A stretch of DNA of 64,000 bases from Muribaculaceae bacterium (GCA_023667015.1 JAMPAX010000002.1:54259-118258), one strand, 5' to 3'. Counted from the stretch's first letter, positions 47,528-58,470 are shown. The notes: generated by a model not told the origin, from the letters alone. Translations and numbers: made by a program.

Positions 47528-49126
47528 ATGAAACTCAATATAAAAACTGCGGCACTGGCCGCTATGGCTACGGTTGCTCTCACTTCCTGCAACGACTGGC
47601 TGAAGGAAGAGGGACCGGCCACTACCAAACTCGAAGATTTCTACACTACCGGAGAAACATGCACGCAGACCGTTAATGCCTGCTATGCTCCCTTAGCCTG
47701 GGAGTACAACACCACCTACTTTCCTGAGTGGATGATAGGAGACATCGCCTCCGATGATGCACTCAAGGGAGGGCAGAATGTCTCCGATATGGCAGATGCC
47801 TACGACATAGAAAACTTCAAGACCAACCCCAACAACACCCTGCTCCGCGACTATTATCGCGCCAAGTATCAAGGTATCATACGTTGCAACCTCGCTTTGC
47901 AAGAAATTCCCAAATATGACCCCGATGAGACTCTATCGCAGAAACGTAAGGACTGTCTGCTGGGAGAAGCAAAATTCCTCAGAGCCTTCTACTACTTCCA
48001 GCTCGTCAGAGTGTTTGGCGGTGTACCACTCGTAGACTTCGTAATAGATAGCGCTGAGAAATGGAAACAGCCACGTGCTACCCGGGAAGCTGTCTACGAA
48101 CACATAATCGCCGACCTTAAAGATGCGGAAGAGCTGCTCTATGAAAAGAACGCTTATGCCGATGAAGACCTCGGACGTGCTACCCGCGGAGCCGCTATAG
48201 CCATGCTCTGCAAGGTAAACCTCTATCGCCACAACTACGAAGAGGCATACACCTGGGGCAAAAAATTCATCGACGAGGAATATAACAAGGGACTCTATAC
48301 TCTCGAAAACGACTACGCACAGAACTTTACACTCACCGGTGAAAACGGCGTTGAAAGTGTCTTCGAAATCCAATATATAGCAGAACCCACCTCCGACTAC
48401 GGCGAGGGCTTCGGCTTCACCCGCGGAACCTTCGGCTCCATCCTCACCCGCCCCCGTGCTGACTCTATGGGCGGCAATCAGGGTTGGGGATTCGATCATC
48501 CTACCGACAACCTTTATGCCGAATATGAGACCAACGACCCCCGTCGCGACATGACTATCGGCCAGGTTAGCGAAAACGACCTCAACAACATCGCCGTCAA
48601 TTACTTAGGCTCCACCTACTATAATATCAAGACATCCCTTTACGAAGGTGGAACCTTCCCGGCTCTCGACCACAATACTCGCGGACCGCTCAACTATCGA
48701 CTGATTCGCGCCTCCGACGTGCTGCTTCTTTACGCCGAGGCAGCTCTGGAGAGTGGCAAGGACATAGCCGGAGCAAAATGGGCTCTTGAGCAGGTCAGAA
48801 GTCGTGCTCGCGCACAGGCTCCTGCCGGGGCTCTTCCTGCCTTTCCGGGATATCGCGGATATACCGACAATGTCGAATCCCTGCGCGCAGCAATCCGCCA
48901 CGAACGTCGCGTAGAGCTCGCTATGGAGGGTCATCGCTGGTTTGACCTCGTACGTTGGGGGATAGCCTACGATGTAATGGATAAGGACAAGGGCTCCTAC
49001 GGCAAGAACGAATCTGAAGAAGCTCGCGCCGAAATGGCATCCTTCATCGAGGGGAAACATGAACTTTTCCCCATCCCGGCAGAAGAAATCTCCCTCAACC
49101 CAATGGCCCAAAATCCGGGATATTAA
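47528..49126 (+). CDS. susD: SusD/RagB-family nutrient-binding outer-membrane lipoprotein
   Basis: Lipobox LTSC immediately after susC; 532 aa; TPR-like helical content. Confidence 0.85.
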   Translation: MKLNIKTAALAAMATVALTSCNDWLKEEGPATTKLEDFYTTGETCTQTVNACYAPLAWEYNTTYFPEWMIGDIASDDALKGGQNVSDMADAYDIENFKTNPNNTLLRDYYRAKYQGIIRCNLALQEIPKYDPDETLSQKRKDCLLGEAKFLRAFYYFQLVRVFGGVPLVDFVIDSAEKWKQPRATREAVYEHIIADLKDAEELLYEKNAYADEDLGRATRGAAIAMLCKVNLYRHNYEEAYTWGKKFIDEEYNKGLYTLENDYAQNFTLTGENGVESVFEIQYIAEPTSDYGEGFGFTRGTFGSILTRPRADSMGGNQGWGFDHPTDNLYAEYETNDPRRDMTIGQVSENDLNNIAVNYLGSTYYNIKTSLYEGGTFPALDHNTRGPLNYRLIRASDVLLLYAEAALESGKDIAGAKWALEQVRSRARAQAPAGALPAFPGYRGYTDNVESLRAAIRHERRVELAMEGHRWFDLVRWGIAYDVMDKDKGSYGKNESEEARAEMASFIEGKHELFPIPAEEISLNPMAQNPGY

Positions 49127-49230
49127 TCCGGAATCCGACCTGACGCATCAAGATGATTCGGGATGCGTCAGGCAACATCAGAAATTGTCAAGATTCCAAA
49201 AACTATTATAAATCACTAATAATTAATTCT

Positions 49231-50157
49231 ATGAAAAAGCTCTACATTGCTTCTTTCGCTGTGTTAGCTGCCATGAGCGCCAACGCACAGTTTGTGACCG
49301 AGACTCCCTACATGGAGCCCACCGTGTCTAACGGTCAGATATTCGACCTTATCGTAGCCGACCAATCTTGCATTGACGGACTCACCGCCGCCGGCAAGAC
49401 AGTCAACGACTACAGAACCAACGACGAGACCCGCTGGCTCTATGTATGGGAGAATACCATGAATGCCGGAGACTCCTCCTATCCCGGAGTAGGCTACAAA
49501 GAAATGCAGTTTGAAGGCTATCCCTCATTCGTTGTCAGCAATATTGGCTGGTCCGGAGCCGGTTTCAACATCAACAAGGGTGCCGGCATCAACCTCAGCC
49601 ACTGGACAGACGAGACCCGCTTCCATTGCGCATTAATGACCCAGGGGACTGCTCCTGAATCATTGGCATTTGTAATTGCCAATTATGATGATGAAAACCA
49701 AAAACCCGGCAACATTGCCGTCGGTGCACCTTTCAACGACAATGGCACCGTATTCCCGGCCATAGCTCCCAAGATTACAGACGATTGGCAAGCCTTCGAT
49801 ATATCTTTCGGAGATATCAAGAAACTGCAGCCTAACTTCGACTGCCACGCATCCTCCGATTGGACCGGCAATATTGTCTCCTTCCTTGCAGGAGGCGTTG
49901 AAGGTCGTTCCTTTTCCATGGACTGCATGTATTTCTACACACCGAAAGAGGACTCTGCCGTTGAGGGTATCGAAGCTGACGCCACTCTGCTCATTGGCAA
50001 GTCTACTATCAACTCTACAGTAGCCGGCATTGAGGTTTATGACCTCGGTGGCGCTCTTGTTGCTAAAACCAACTCTACAGTTCTTGGTATCGAAAACCTC
50101 GCCAAGGGTGTATACGTTGTCAAGGGCGGCAACACCGTACAAAAATTTGTGAAGTAA
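49231..50157 (+). CDS. Surface protein (SGBP-like) with T9SS C-terminal sorting domain
   Basis: Signal peptide MKKLYIASFAVLAAMSANAQ (start adjusted from 49153); C-terminal GVYVVKGGNTVQKFVK CTD-like tail; position after susD. Confidence 0.45.
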   Translation: MKKLYIASFAVLAAMSANAQFVTETPYMEPTVSNGQIFDLIVADQSCIDGLTAAGKTVNDYRTNDETRWLYVWENTMNAGDSSYPGVGYKEMQFEGYPSFVVSNIGWSGAGFNINKGAGINLSHWTDETRFHCALMTQGTAPESLAFVIANYDDENQKPGNIAVGAPFNDNGTVFPAIAPKITDDWQAFDISFGDIKKLQPNFDCHASSDWTGNIVSFLAGGVEGRSFSMDCMYFYTPKEDSAVEGIEADATLLIGKSTINSTVAGIEVYDLGGALVAKTNSTVLGIENLAKGVYVVKGGNTVQKFVK

Positions 50158-50316
50158 CGCTACTACGCAAGTAAGATTACTACACAATTCAAACTACTAC
50201 ACTAAGGTATGAGGCTCTAACGAGCCTTATACCTGCCAAATCTCTTCCTCTTCATACACCCTAAGATTGTGGGTCTCTCCTTATGAGACTCATTCATAAT
50301 TCTTATATTCAATAAA

Positions 50317-51501
50317 ATGAGACTCTTAAACAGTTCTATTCTACTCCTCTGCATGGCTACTGCCCCCGGCATATACGCGGCAAATCCTCAGATTGGTTCC
50401 GGCGAAACAGGCGGCTATAAGCTCGTGTGGCAAGACCTTTTCGATGAGGGCACAATCAATCCTCTGCGGTGGAATATAGAAGTTAATGGATCGGGTGGTG
50501 GCAACAATGAATTGCAGTACTACACCAATCGCGAGGAAAATCTCCGTGTGGGCGATGATGGCGAGGGGAATTCCTGCCTGATTATTACCGCTCGCCGTGA
50601 GAAATACAAAAACAAAGAGTTCACTTCGGGTCGTCTCAATACCATGAATTTCGTCACCTTCACTCATGGCAAGATTGAGGCCTCTATAAAACTCCCCACC
50701 ACCAACGCCGGGCTCTGGCCGGCCTTCTGGATGATGGGCAACGACTACTCACAAGTAGGATGGCCTAAATGTGGAGAGACGGATATCTTAGAGATGGGTC
50801 ATTCCGACGGTATGCGTGCCGGAACTTCCGACAGATACTTCAATGGCGCCGCCCATTGGGGTCAGGGATGGCCAAACGCCAGCCACGCTATGAATGCTAC
50901 GAAGAACTACAGCCTGCAGGACGGCCAATTTCATCTCTACACCCTTATCTGGGATGAGAATTCCTACAAGATGTATGTCGACCTCGACAAGATGCCCGTG
51001 CAGACTCCCTATTTCCGCATGGATATCACCCCCAACGACCCCGGCAATGAATGGAGTGCGGGCAACTATTTCCATAAGGATAATTTCATAATCTTCAACC
51101 TCGCTATCGGCGGCAACTTCCCCGGCATTCACTCAGCTGAGAGTATCACTGCGCTCAACGATGAGAATGGCCAACAGGCATCGATGTATGTCAACTATGT
51201 AAAGGTCTATCAACTTGAGGACAATGCCTCCAACACCTTCTTCAGCGCCATACCCTCCGATAATCTTTCCGTTGGTTCGGAAAGCAGCGTCTCTGCCATC
51301 TCTATTGAACACCCCTTGAGCATAGACAACGCCGATAACACTGTTCGCAGCCTGCATCCGGCGGATATCGAGGTTTTTAACATGGGAGGAATTCTTGTCG
51401 CCGGCATTTCCGCCTCTACAAGCCTTGACATCTCCGGGCTCCCCGCCGGCATATATTTCGCACGTTGTGAAGGACATTCCTTGAAATTCGTTAAGAAATA
51501 A
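50317..51501 (+). CDS. GH16 beta-glucanase (laminarinase-like) with T9SS C-terminal sorting domain
   Basis: ELQYYT and catalytic GETDILE (ExDxxE) GH16 motifs; C-terminal ...GIYFARCEGHSLKFVKK tail. Confidence 0.8.
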   Translation: MRLLNSSILLLCMATAPGIYAANPQIGSGETGGYKLVWQDLFDEGTINPLRWNIEVNGSGGGNNELQYYTNREENLRVGDDGEGNSCLIITARREKYKNKEFTSGRLNTMNFVTFTHGKIEASIKLPTTNAGLWPAFWMMGNDYSQVGWPKCGETDILEMGHSDGMRAGTSDRYFNGAAHWGQGWPNASHAMNATKNYSLQDGQFHLYTLIWDENSYKMYVDLDKMPVQTPYFRMDITPNDPGNEWSAGNYFHKDNFIIFNLAIGGNFPGIHSAESITALNDENGQQASMYVNYVKVYQLEDNASNTFFSAIPSDNLSVGSESSVSAISIEHPLSIDNADNTVRSLHPADIEVFNMGGILVAGISASTSLDISGLPAGIYFARCEGHSLKFVKK

Positions 51502-51515
51502 CTAACAGATATGTC

Positions 51516-53750
51516 ATGAAGAAAATCATAGCCGGGGCTATGCTCGCCCTTTTAACCGTCATTCCGACCTATGCCGTGAAGCGCACGGAGGCTCAAATAG
51601 ACTCATGTGTCAATGCCCTACTTTCGCGCATGACACTCGAGGAGAAAATCGGTCAGCTCAATCAATATTCCATTGGTAGCATCGATGACAACGTACTCGG
51701 ACAGGTTCGAGGAGGGAGCATTGGTTCCTACCTGAATATCGTAGATCCGGAAGCTGTCAACCTACTGCAACGCGAAGCCGTAGAGAACTCCCGCCTCGGC
51801 ATACCTTTAATTTTTGCTCGCGACGTTATCCATGGTTTCAAGACAATCTTCCCTCTTCCGATAGGCCAGGCGGCAAGCTGGAATCCTGAACTCACCCGCC
51901 TGGGGAGTGCGATTGCTGCCGACGAAGCCTCCTCTACAGGTATTCGTTGGACATTCTCACCGATGGTAGACGTCAGCCGCGATGCGCGCTGGGGACGACT
52001 CGCTGAAGGATATGGCGAAGATCCTCTTCTCAATGCCCGCTTTGGAGCTGCTGCCGTCAAAGGGTATCAGGGGGATGACCTTACCAATCCCTCTACCATG
52101 GCAGCATGCGTAAAACACTTCGCCGGCTACGGGTTTGTAGAGGGAGGTCTGGACTACAACACCACTTGGCTACCGGAGCCACTCCTCAGAGACGTAGTCC
52201 TCCCCTCCTATAAGGCCGCCATTGATGCCGGAGCAGCTACTGCTATGTGTTCCTTCAATGATATCAATGGTATTCCACCCAGTGCCAACGCCTATTTGCT
52301 CGACCGGATACTTCGCAAAGAATGGGGGTTTGATGGCTTGATGGTATCTGACTGGGGTTCTATCAGCGAGCTTATGAATCATGGCATAGCAGCCGACCGT
52401 AGCGAGGCTGCACGTCTGGCGGCAGTAGCGGGAGTAGACATGGACATGGAAGGACATTGCTACGACAATGCACTGCGACAGCTCGTAGCTGATGGCGTCA
52501 TTCCCGAGGCTCGCATTGACTCTCTATGTGGCAACGTTTTGCGCCTGAAGTATCGACTTGGACTCTTTGACAATCCATATGTAGATCTTGCCAAGGCCAA
52601 CAGTTTCTATGCCCCGGAGTCGCTCGAAGCTGCCCTCAAGAGCGTGGAAGAGAGTGCTATCCTTCTGAAAAACGATGGGGCAATTCTCCCCGTAGATTTC
52701 TCCAAGGTAAAGAAAATCGCCGTAATCGGCCCTATGGCCGATGCCCCCCACGACCAGAATGGCACCTGGGTATTTGACCTTGACAAATCTCACAGCGTCA
52801 CCCCTCTTGCCGACCTTCGGGAGCGTTATGGCGACAAAATCGTATATTCCCCCGGGCTTGAATTCAGCCGCGATAAACGTACGGACGGCTTTAAAGATGC
52901 CCTAAAGGCTGCTCGTAAATCTGACATAGTATTCCTTTTTGCCGGCGAAGAGGCTATTCTCTCCGGTGAGGCTCATTGCCGTACCGACCTTACCCTCCCC
53001 GGTGCTCAGGAGGCCCTGATAAAGGAGCTTAAAAAAGCCGGAAAACCTGTAGTTCTCATCGTGCAGGCCGGGCGCCCCCTTGTAATGGGTAATATTGAAA
53101 ACGACGTAGACGCTATTCTCTATCTCTTCCATGGCGGCACTATGGCCGGTCCCGGCCTTGTCAATATCCTTAACGGATCTGTCAATCCCTCCGGCCACCT
53201 CCCTATGTCATTCCCCATGACCTCCGGCCAAGTACCTATCTACTACAGCCACAAGAATTCCGGACGACCCTCCGACTCCGGAGCAAATATCGATGACCTC
53301 CCCCTTGAGGCTCCACAGACCTCTACGGGTTGCAACCGCTTCTATATGGATGCCGGAAGTCGACCCCGTTATCCCTTTGGCTACGGACTGAGCTATACTG
53401 ACTTTGAAATCTCGACTCCGGAGCTCTCCGCTACTGAGATTTCAACTGATGGCACCTTGCGTGTAAAAGCTACCGTTAAGAACATCGGCAATCGTGAGGG
53501 ACAGCAGGTAGTACAGCTATATGTTCGCGACCTCGTTGGCTCGCTGACACGCCCTGTACGCGAGCTCAAAGACTTCGCTAAAATCTCCCTCAAACCCGGT
53601 GAGTCTAAAGTAGTTGAATTTATCCTCCCCGCCTCCTCTCTGAGTTTCTCCAACATCAACGGCAAGCAAATACTTGAACCCGGAGAATTCCAAGTATGGA
53701 TTACCGACTCTGCAGAGTCCGGCACCCCCGTATCATTCACACTTAAATAA
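51516..53750 (+). CDS. GH3 periplasmic beta-glucosidase (BglX-like)
   Basis: Signal peptide; GH3 N-terminal (LEEKIGQL..) and C-terminal domains plus fibronectin-like domain; 744 aa. Confidence 0.85.
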   Translation: MKKIIAGAMLALLTVIPTYAVKRTEAQIDSCVNALLSRMTLEEKIGQLNQYSIGSIDDNVLGQVRGGSIGSYLNIVDPEAVNLLQREAVENSRLGIPLIFARDVIHGFKTIFPLPIGQAASWNPELTRLGSAIAADEASSTGIRWTFSPMVDVSRDARWGRLAEGYGEDPLLNARFGAAAVKGYQGDDLTNPSTMAACVKHFAGYGFVEGGLDYNTTWLPEPLLRDVVLPSYKAAIDAGAATAMCSFNDINGIPPSANAYLLDRILRKEWGFDGLMVSDWGSISELMNHGIAADRSEAARLAAVAGVDMDMEGHCYDNALRQLVADGVIPEARIDSLCGNVLRLKYRLGLFDNPYVDLAKANSFYAPESLEAALKSVEESAILLKNDGAILPVDFSKVKKIAVIGPMADAPHDQNGTWVFDLDKSHSVTPLADLRERYGDKIVYSPGLEFSRDKRTDGFKDALKAARKSDIVFLFAGEEAILSGEAHCRTDLTLPGAQEALIKELKKAGKPVVLIVQAGRPLVMGNIENDVDAILYLFHGGTMAGPGLVNILNGSVNPSGHLPMSFPMTSGQVPIYYSHKNSGRPSDSGANIDDLPLEAPQTSTGCNRFYMDAGSRPRYPFGYGLSYTDFEISTPELSATEISTDGTLRVKATVKNIGNREGQQVVQLYVRDLVGSLTRPVRELKDFAKISLKPGESKVVEFILPASSLSFSNINGKQILEPGEFQVWITDSAESGTPVSFTLK

Positions 53751-53807
53751 ACTCTTAAAGTTCAAATTTATAATTAACAGCCACTTAAACCAAAAAAAAC
53801 TAAACAT

Positions 53808-55010
53808 ATGAGATTGAAAAGTAAACTCCTTGGAGTCTCCCTTGCACTTGCATGCTCAGGTGCAAACGCTGCCATCCTCGACAGAGTTGAGACATCTGTT
53901 GAAGAGCTGACATTCACATACTACAATGATGTCCACGATGACGGCTCATATTATCCCAACTGGGTCATCAACTTCCCCAAAAAAAATGGAAAGACCTTTG
54001 GATCACAGGCTTCTCTGACTTATACCCTTTCCAAAGACAACACGACTGTAAACAGCGGTACGGTCAACCCCTCACGCTTTGATGATGATGTTCTCTCCTT
54101 TTATACGGCAGAAGGCGTTCTCACCCCGGGCGAATATGTGATGACCTCGATCATTACCTTCTCCACCGACGGCAAAGCTGACAAGACAGTGACAATTCCG
54201 GCAATAGCCTTCAGCATAGCCGATACCAGCGCCAATCCCCGTGTAGACATAACTTATACCCTTATCCCGGGAGAAAAGTATACTGAACTAAACTATACGC
54301 TCACACCAAAGAACCTGAAATCAGATGTAGTCAGTGCCCGGGTATGGGCTGATGTTCCCGGCAATATCACAGTTGCTGAAGCCACAGGACTTACAGGAGT
54401 TCTCCGTGTAGACGTATCTAAGGGCAACGTTTTGGCATGGGTAAAGTCTGAAGTGAAGCTTGCCGACGGCACTACGATGAATGGTGTGCCCAACGACTTC
54501 GCCCTTACCTTCGAACGCAAACTCTCTGACAAAGCTCCGGTAATCTCCCTTATCTGCTCTAATCCGACCCCCACATCAAACACTACCGGCACAATAGACT
54601 ATGCTATCTCCGGCACAAACCTTGATCAGGTAGAGTCCTACGAAATATTTGTAGTTACAGAAGGGGACCGCGCCGTTTCCGATATTATCACAACTAAAGT
54701 CGCTACCGGCACCATCGACCTTAAAAATCTCAATGCCGGGACAACAACAAATTTATGGGTGAAAGTTTGCGCTACCACTCTTAGCGGTGTAAAGACAGAG
54801 CCGGTTCAGTATCCGGGAGAAGCTCAAGGATGGACCGGTCTCAGCATTGACACCAATTCCGATGCTGTCGAAGCCGTCTTCTCAATAGAAAATTCCGATG
54901 TATTCTCTATCGACGGCCGTATTATAGGCAGCAAGCTCAGCGCTGATGAGATTGCCAACCTTCCCTCAGGTATATATATATCTGCCGGAAAGAAATTCAT
55001 TGTGAAATAA
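53808..55010 (+). CDS. Hypothetical secreted protein with T9SS C-terminal sorting domain
   Basis: Signal peptide; Thr/Val-rich beta-like body; C-terminal PSGIYISAGKKFIVK. Confidence 0.4.
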   Translation: MRLKSKLLGVSLALACSGANAAILDRVETSVEELTFTYYNDVHDDGSYYPNWVINFPKKNGKTFGSQASLTYTLSKDNTTVNSGTVNPSRFDDDVLSFYTAEGVLTPGEYVMTSIITFSTDGKADKTVTIPAIAFSIADTSANPRVDITYTLIPGEKYTELNYTLTPKNLKSDVVSARVWADVPGNITVAEATGLTGVLRVDVSKGNVLAWVKSEVKLADGTTMNGVPNDFALTFERKLSDKAPVISLICSNPTPTSNTTGTIDYAISGTNLDQVESYEIFVVTEGDRAVSDIITTKVATGTIDLKNLNAGTTTNLWVKVCATTLSGVKTEPVQYPGEAQGWTGLSIDTNSDAVEAVFSIENSDVFSIDGRIIGSKLSADEIANLPSGIYISAGKKFIVK

Positions 55011-55110
55011 TATTCAAGAGGATGTAATAAACAGATGGAATTTAAAACCCTATAATACATCCTCTTGATTTATCAAAGACTTCACTTGTTTTTTCCTGAT
55101 CGTTACTTCC

Positions 55111-56562
55111 ATGAAGAAATTTTTGACATTTGTCCTTCTAATTTTTATGGTCGGTGGCATCAACGCCAAGAGCGACAAACGCGGTGTCAGCGAGAACCAG
55201 TTCTCAATGGGTTCCATGCTGGAAGCTCTTGCGCCGGGTGTCACATGGTATTACAACTGGGGCAACACCCCGGGGAAAGGGTATCAAAATGAGGTCATCA
55301 ACAATGACGACCTGGAATTTGTCCCCATGTGCTGGAATGCCAACTACAATGCCGAAGCCATACGTGAATACTGCAAGACACATCCCAAGACCAAGTATCT
55401 ATTGGGCTTCAATGAGCCTAACTTTACCAAACAAGCCGACATGACACCACAGGAGGCTGCCCTGGCATGGCCTGCAGTCAAAGCTCTTGCCGATGAACTC
55501 AATCTGAAGCTCGTAGCCCCTGCACTCAACTACAGCCCCAACCCTCCATACACCGATCCGCTGAAATGGATGGATGAGTTTGTGGCTCTCGTAGGTCTCG
55601 ATGCTTTCGACTATACAGCCATTCACAACTATGGCGGACTGGGAGTAATGAAGACACTTGCCGGAAATTTCCACGACAGATACGGCAAGGATGTATGGGT
55701 CACCGAGTTTTGTCTATGGCCCAATGAGGGAGATGCAAATTCGTATGTCGCGCCCGCATCTCAAATAGCATCTATGGTGGAAACCGTAGGATGGCTTGAG
55801 TCCACCCCCTGGATTTTCCGCTATGCCTGGTTTAAAGCGTTGGGTAACTACGATGCTTCAAAGGGTCCAAACTACGGACTCCTGCGCCACGAAGGGGTAA
55901 ACACCGACCCCTGGGTATTGACAGACCAGGGAAAGGTATACGTAGGATTGGCAGCATACGATCCCGCACTTTGCCATCAGATTAACACATCGATACCGGT
56001 GGGCAACTACCTGAACTCCTCTCTATTGCAGCTCGGGACCACCGCTGATACCGAAAACATCTCCGGAGTGGAGATTACCCGGTTTGTTTCCGGAGCCAGT
56101 GCAGACTATCGTTTTGAAGTTCCGGCAGACGGGTCTTATACTCTCCATCTACGTGTCAGCGGCTTCGGAGCCCCCTCCCGCTTTGATCCATCAATATCGT
56201 TGCATGAGGTGGATACTGATGGAAAAGTGCTCTGTACTTTGCATCCCGCGTATTCCTTCACTCTTCCCAATTCCGATGACATCTACACGGATGTTGTCTT
56301 CCCCATAGAATTGGCGAAGGGAAAACGTATCATCCGCATTCAGGATGCCAATACATATATGCCCTCCGGGATACGGATTTCCACAATCTGTCTCAACGAT
56401 GCCAGCGATGTTGAAATGATTGAAGTTCTCCCGGGAAATACGACTGCGGACGTATATTCGCTGACAGGAATATGTCTGAAGAAAGGTGAGGAAGTCTCCA
56501 AAGCACTTGAAGGGCTCCCCGAAGGAATATATATTGTAGGAGGGAGAAAAATCCGGAAATAA
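55111..56562 (+). CDS. GH-A clan glycoside hydrolase (Glyco_hydro_cc / GH128-like, candidate beta-1,3-glucanase) with T9SS C-terminal sorting domain
   Basis: WYYNWG, NEPN (acid/base) and WVTEF (nucleophile) motifs; C-terminal EGIYIVGGRKIRK tail. Confidence 0.5.
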   Translation: MKKFLTFVLLIFMVGGINAKSDKRGVSENQFSMGSMLEALAPGVTWYYNWGNTPGKGYQNEVINNDDLEFVPMCWNANYNAEAIREYCKTHPKTKYLLGFNEPNFTKQADMTPQEAALAWPAVKALADELNLKLVAPALNYSPNPPYTDPLKWMDEFVALVGLDAFDYTAIHNYGGLGVMKTLAGNFHDRYGKDVWVTEFCLWPNEGDANSYVAPASQIASMVETVGWLESTPWIFRYAWFKALGNYDASKGPNYGLLRHEGVNTDPWVLTDQGKVYVGLAAYDPALCHQINTSIPVGNYLNSSLLQLGTTADTENISGVEITRFVSGASADYRFEVPADGSYTLHLRVSGFGAPSRFDPSISLHEVDTDGKVLCTLHPAYSFTLPNSDDIYTDVVFPIELAKGKRIIRIQDANTYMPSGIRISTICLNDASDVEMIEVLPGNTTADVYSLTGICLKKGEEVSKALEGLPEGIYIVGGRKIRK

Positions 56563-56591
56563 ACGGATTGCCCGGCGAATCGTCTTCTAAA

Positions 56592-56628
56592 AAAAACAAG
56601 CCTGCGGAAAATCCGCAGGCTTGTTTTT
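56592..56628. terminator. Bidirectional hairpin terminator between the PUL and pckA
   Basis: aaaaacaagcctgcgg-aaaat-ccgcaggcttgttttt. Confidence 0.8.
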
Positions 56629-56649
56629 ATAATTTCTATAAGGATTATA

Positions 56650-58254
56650 TTATAGTTTCGGACCGGCTTCTACGAGCTTCTTGCCGGCTTCGTTGTTCTC
56701 AAACTTCTTGAAGTTCTCGATAAACATTCCGGCGAGCTTCTTGGCCTTTTCGTCCCATTCCTTGGGGTCGGCATAGGTGTCGCGAGGATCCAGAATCTTG
56801 GGATCTACACCGGGGAGCTCGGTAGGAATTACGAAGTCGAAGTATGGAAGCACCTTTGTCGGAGCCTTGTCGATATCGCCATTGAGGATATCATCGATGA
56901 TACCACGTGTATCCTTGATGGAGATACGCTTGCCGGTACCATTCCAGCCGGTATTGACCAGATAAGCCTTTGCACCGCTGAGTTTCATTTTCTTGACAAG
57001 TTCCTCAGCATACTTAGTAGGATGCAGGGAGAGGAAAGCCTGGCCGAAGCATGCGGAGAAAGTAGGAGTAGGCTCAGTGATACCACGTTCTGTGCCGGCG
57101 AGCTTAGCAGTGAAGCCGGAGAGGAAGTAGTACTTAGCCTGCTCGTGGTCGAGAAGCGCTACGGGAGGAAGCACACCGAAGGCGTCGGCAGAGAGGAAGA
57201 TTACACGCTTAGCTGCGGGGCCCTTAGATATAGGCTTAACGATGTTCTTGATATGATATATGGGGTAGGAAACGCGGGTGTTTTCAGTCACAGACTTGTC
57301 AGCGAAATCGCAGTGTCCTTCAGCATCTACAGTAACGTTCTCGAGCAGAGCGTCGCGGGTGATTGCGTTGTAGATATCAGGTTCGGCATCCTTGTCGAGG
57401 TTGATAACCTTAGCATAGCAACCACCTTCATAGTTGAATACGCCGTCATCGTCCCAACCGTGCTCGTCATCGCCGATGAGCAGACGCTTCGGGTCGGTAG
57501 AGAGGGTAGTCTTGCCGGTACCGCTCAGACCAAAGAAGATAGCAGTATTTTTACCCTCGAGGTCAGTGTTGGCAGAGCAGTGCATGGAAGCGATACCACG
57601 CAGGGGGTTGAAGTAGTTCATCATTGAAAAGAGACCCTTCTTCATTTCGCCGCCATACCAAGTATTGATGATTACCTGCTGACGCTCCTTGATATTGAAA
57701 GCAACGACAGTCTCAGAGTGCAGGCCGAGTTCCTTGTAGTTTTCAACTTTAGCCTTGCTGGCGTTGAAAACAACGAAGTCAGGCTCGAAGTCAGCGAGTT
57801 CCTCTTTTGTGGGGCGGATGAACATATTGGTCACGAAGTGAGCCTGCCAAGCTACTTCCATGATAAAGCGTACGCGAAGACGAGTGGCAGCGTTGGCACC
57901 GCAGAAGCAGTCTACAACGTAGAGAGTCTTATCGGAGAGTTCCTTAACGGCCTTTTCGCGAAGCTCGTCCCATACCTTGGTGGTGATAGGCTTGTTGTCG
58001 TTCTTGTATCCGTCGGTAGTCCACCATACGGTATCTTCAGTGACCTCGTCCTTTACGAGATATTTGTCTTTGGGGGAGCGACCTGTATAGACTCCGGTGA
58101 AGACGTCGACAGCGCCAAGGTCTGTAAGATAGCCTTTTTCATAGCCCTTTAAATCGGGATTGGTCTCATCTTTGAAGAGATCCTCATACGAAGGATTGTA
58201 AATTACATTCTTTACATCCTTGATTCCATACTGGGACAAATCTATTTTTGCCAT
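56650..58254 (-). CDS. pckA: Phosphoenolpyruvate carboxykinase (ATP)
   Basis: 534 aa; kinase-1a GLSGTGKTT; PEPCK-ATP family features. Confidence 0.9.
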   Translation of the reverse strand: MAKIDLSQYGIKDVKNVIYNPSYEDLFKDETNPDLKGYEKGYLTDLGAVDVFTGVYTGRSPKDKYLVKDEVTEDTVWWTTDGYKNDNKPITTKVWDELREKAVKELSDKTLYVVDCFCGANAATRLRVRFIMEVAWQAHFVTNMFIRPTKEELADFEPDFVVFNASKAKVENYKELGLHSETVVAFNIKERQQVIINTWYGGEMKKGLFSMMNYFNPLRGIASMHCSANTDLEGKNTAIFFGLSGTGKTTLSTDPKRLLIGDDEHGWDDDGVFNYEGGCYAKVINLDKDAEPDIYNAITRDALLENVTVDAEGHCDFADKSVTENTRVSYPIYHIKNIVKPISKGPAAKRVIFLSADAFGVLPPVALLDHEQAKYYFLSGFTAKLAGTERGITEPTPTFSACFGQAFLSLHPTKYAEELVKKMKLSGAKAYLVNTGWNGTGKRISIKDTRGIIDDILNGDIDKAPTKVLPYFDFVIPTELPGVDPKILDPRDTYADPKEWDEKAKKLAGMFIENFKKFENNEAGKKLVEAGPKL

Positions 58255-58308
58255 GAGATGTTAAGATTTTTGGGTTGATATTTTACCTGTTTCTGTTTTA
58301 ATTACTTA

Positions 58309-58349
58309 TATTACTGCTTAAGTAGCATCTCCCTATAATTCGAATAGGA
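58309..58349. repeat. Palindromic element copy D (TAAGTAG...CTACTTA ends, different interior) within the predicted pckA 5' leader
   Basis: taagtagcatctccctataattcgaataggacatctactta. Confidence 0.6.
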
Positions 58350-58431
58350 CATCTACTTATGCACCTATATTTTTAACAATCAATTCAACTCTTTGGATTG
58401 ACCTATATAAATTTTCTATAGATATTTTCCG

Positions 58432-58439
58432 CAAAATTA
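58432..58439 (-). promoter_or_regulatory. Candidate pckA -7 box (TAATTTTGC on the minus strand); leader about 170 nt
   Basis: caaaatta on + strand is the reverse complement of TAATTTTG. Confidence 0.4.
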
Positions 58440-58470
58440 ACATTTTTTTTGCACACCGCAAAAAAATTAA

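Noticed and set aside
57022-58152. + strand ORFs (201 and 144 aa) inside pckA
   Set aside because: Antisense shadow ORFs of a highly conserved gene
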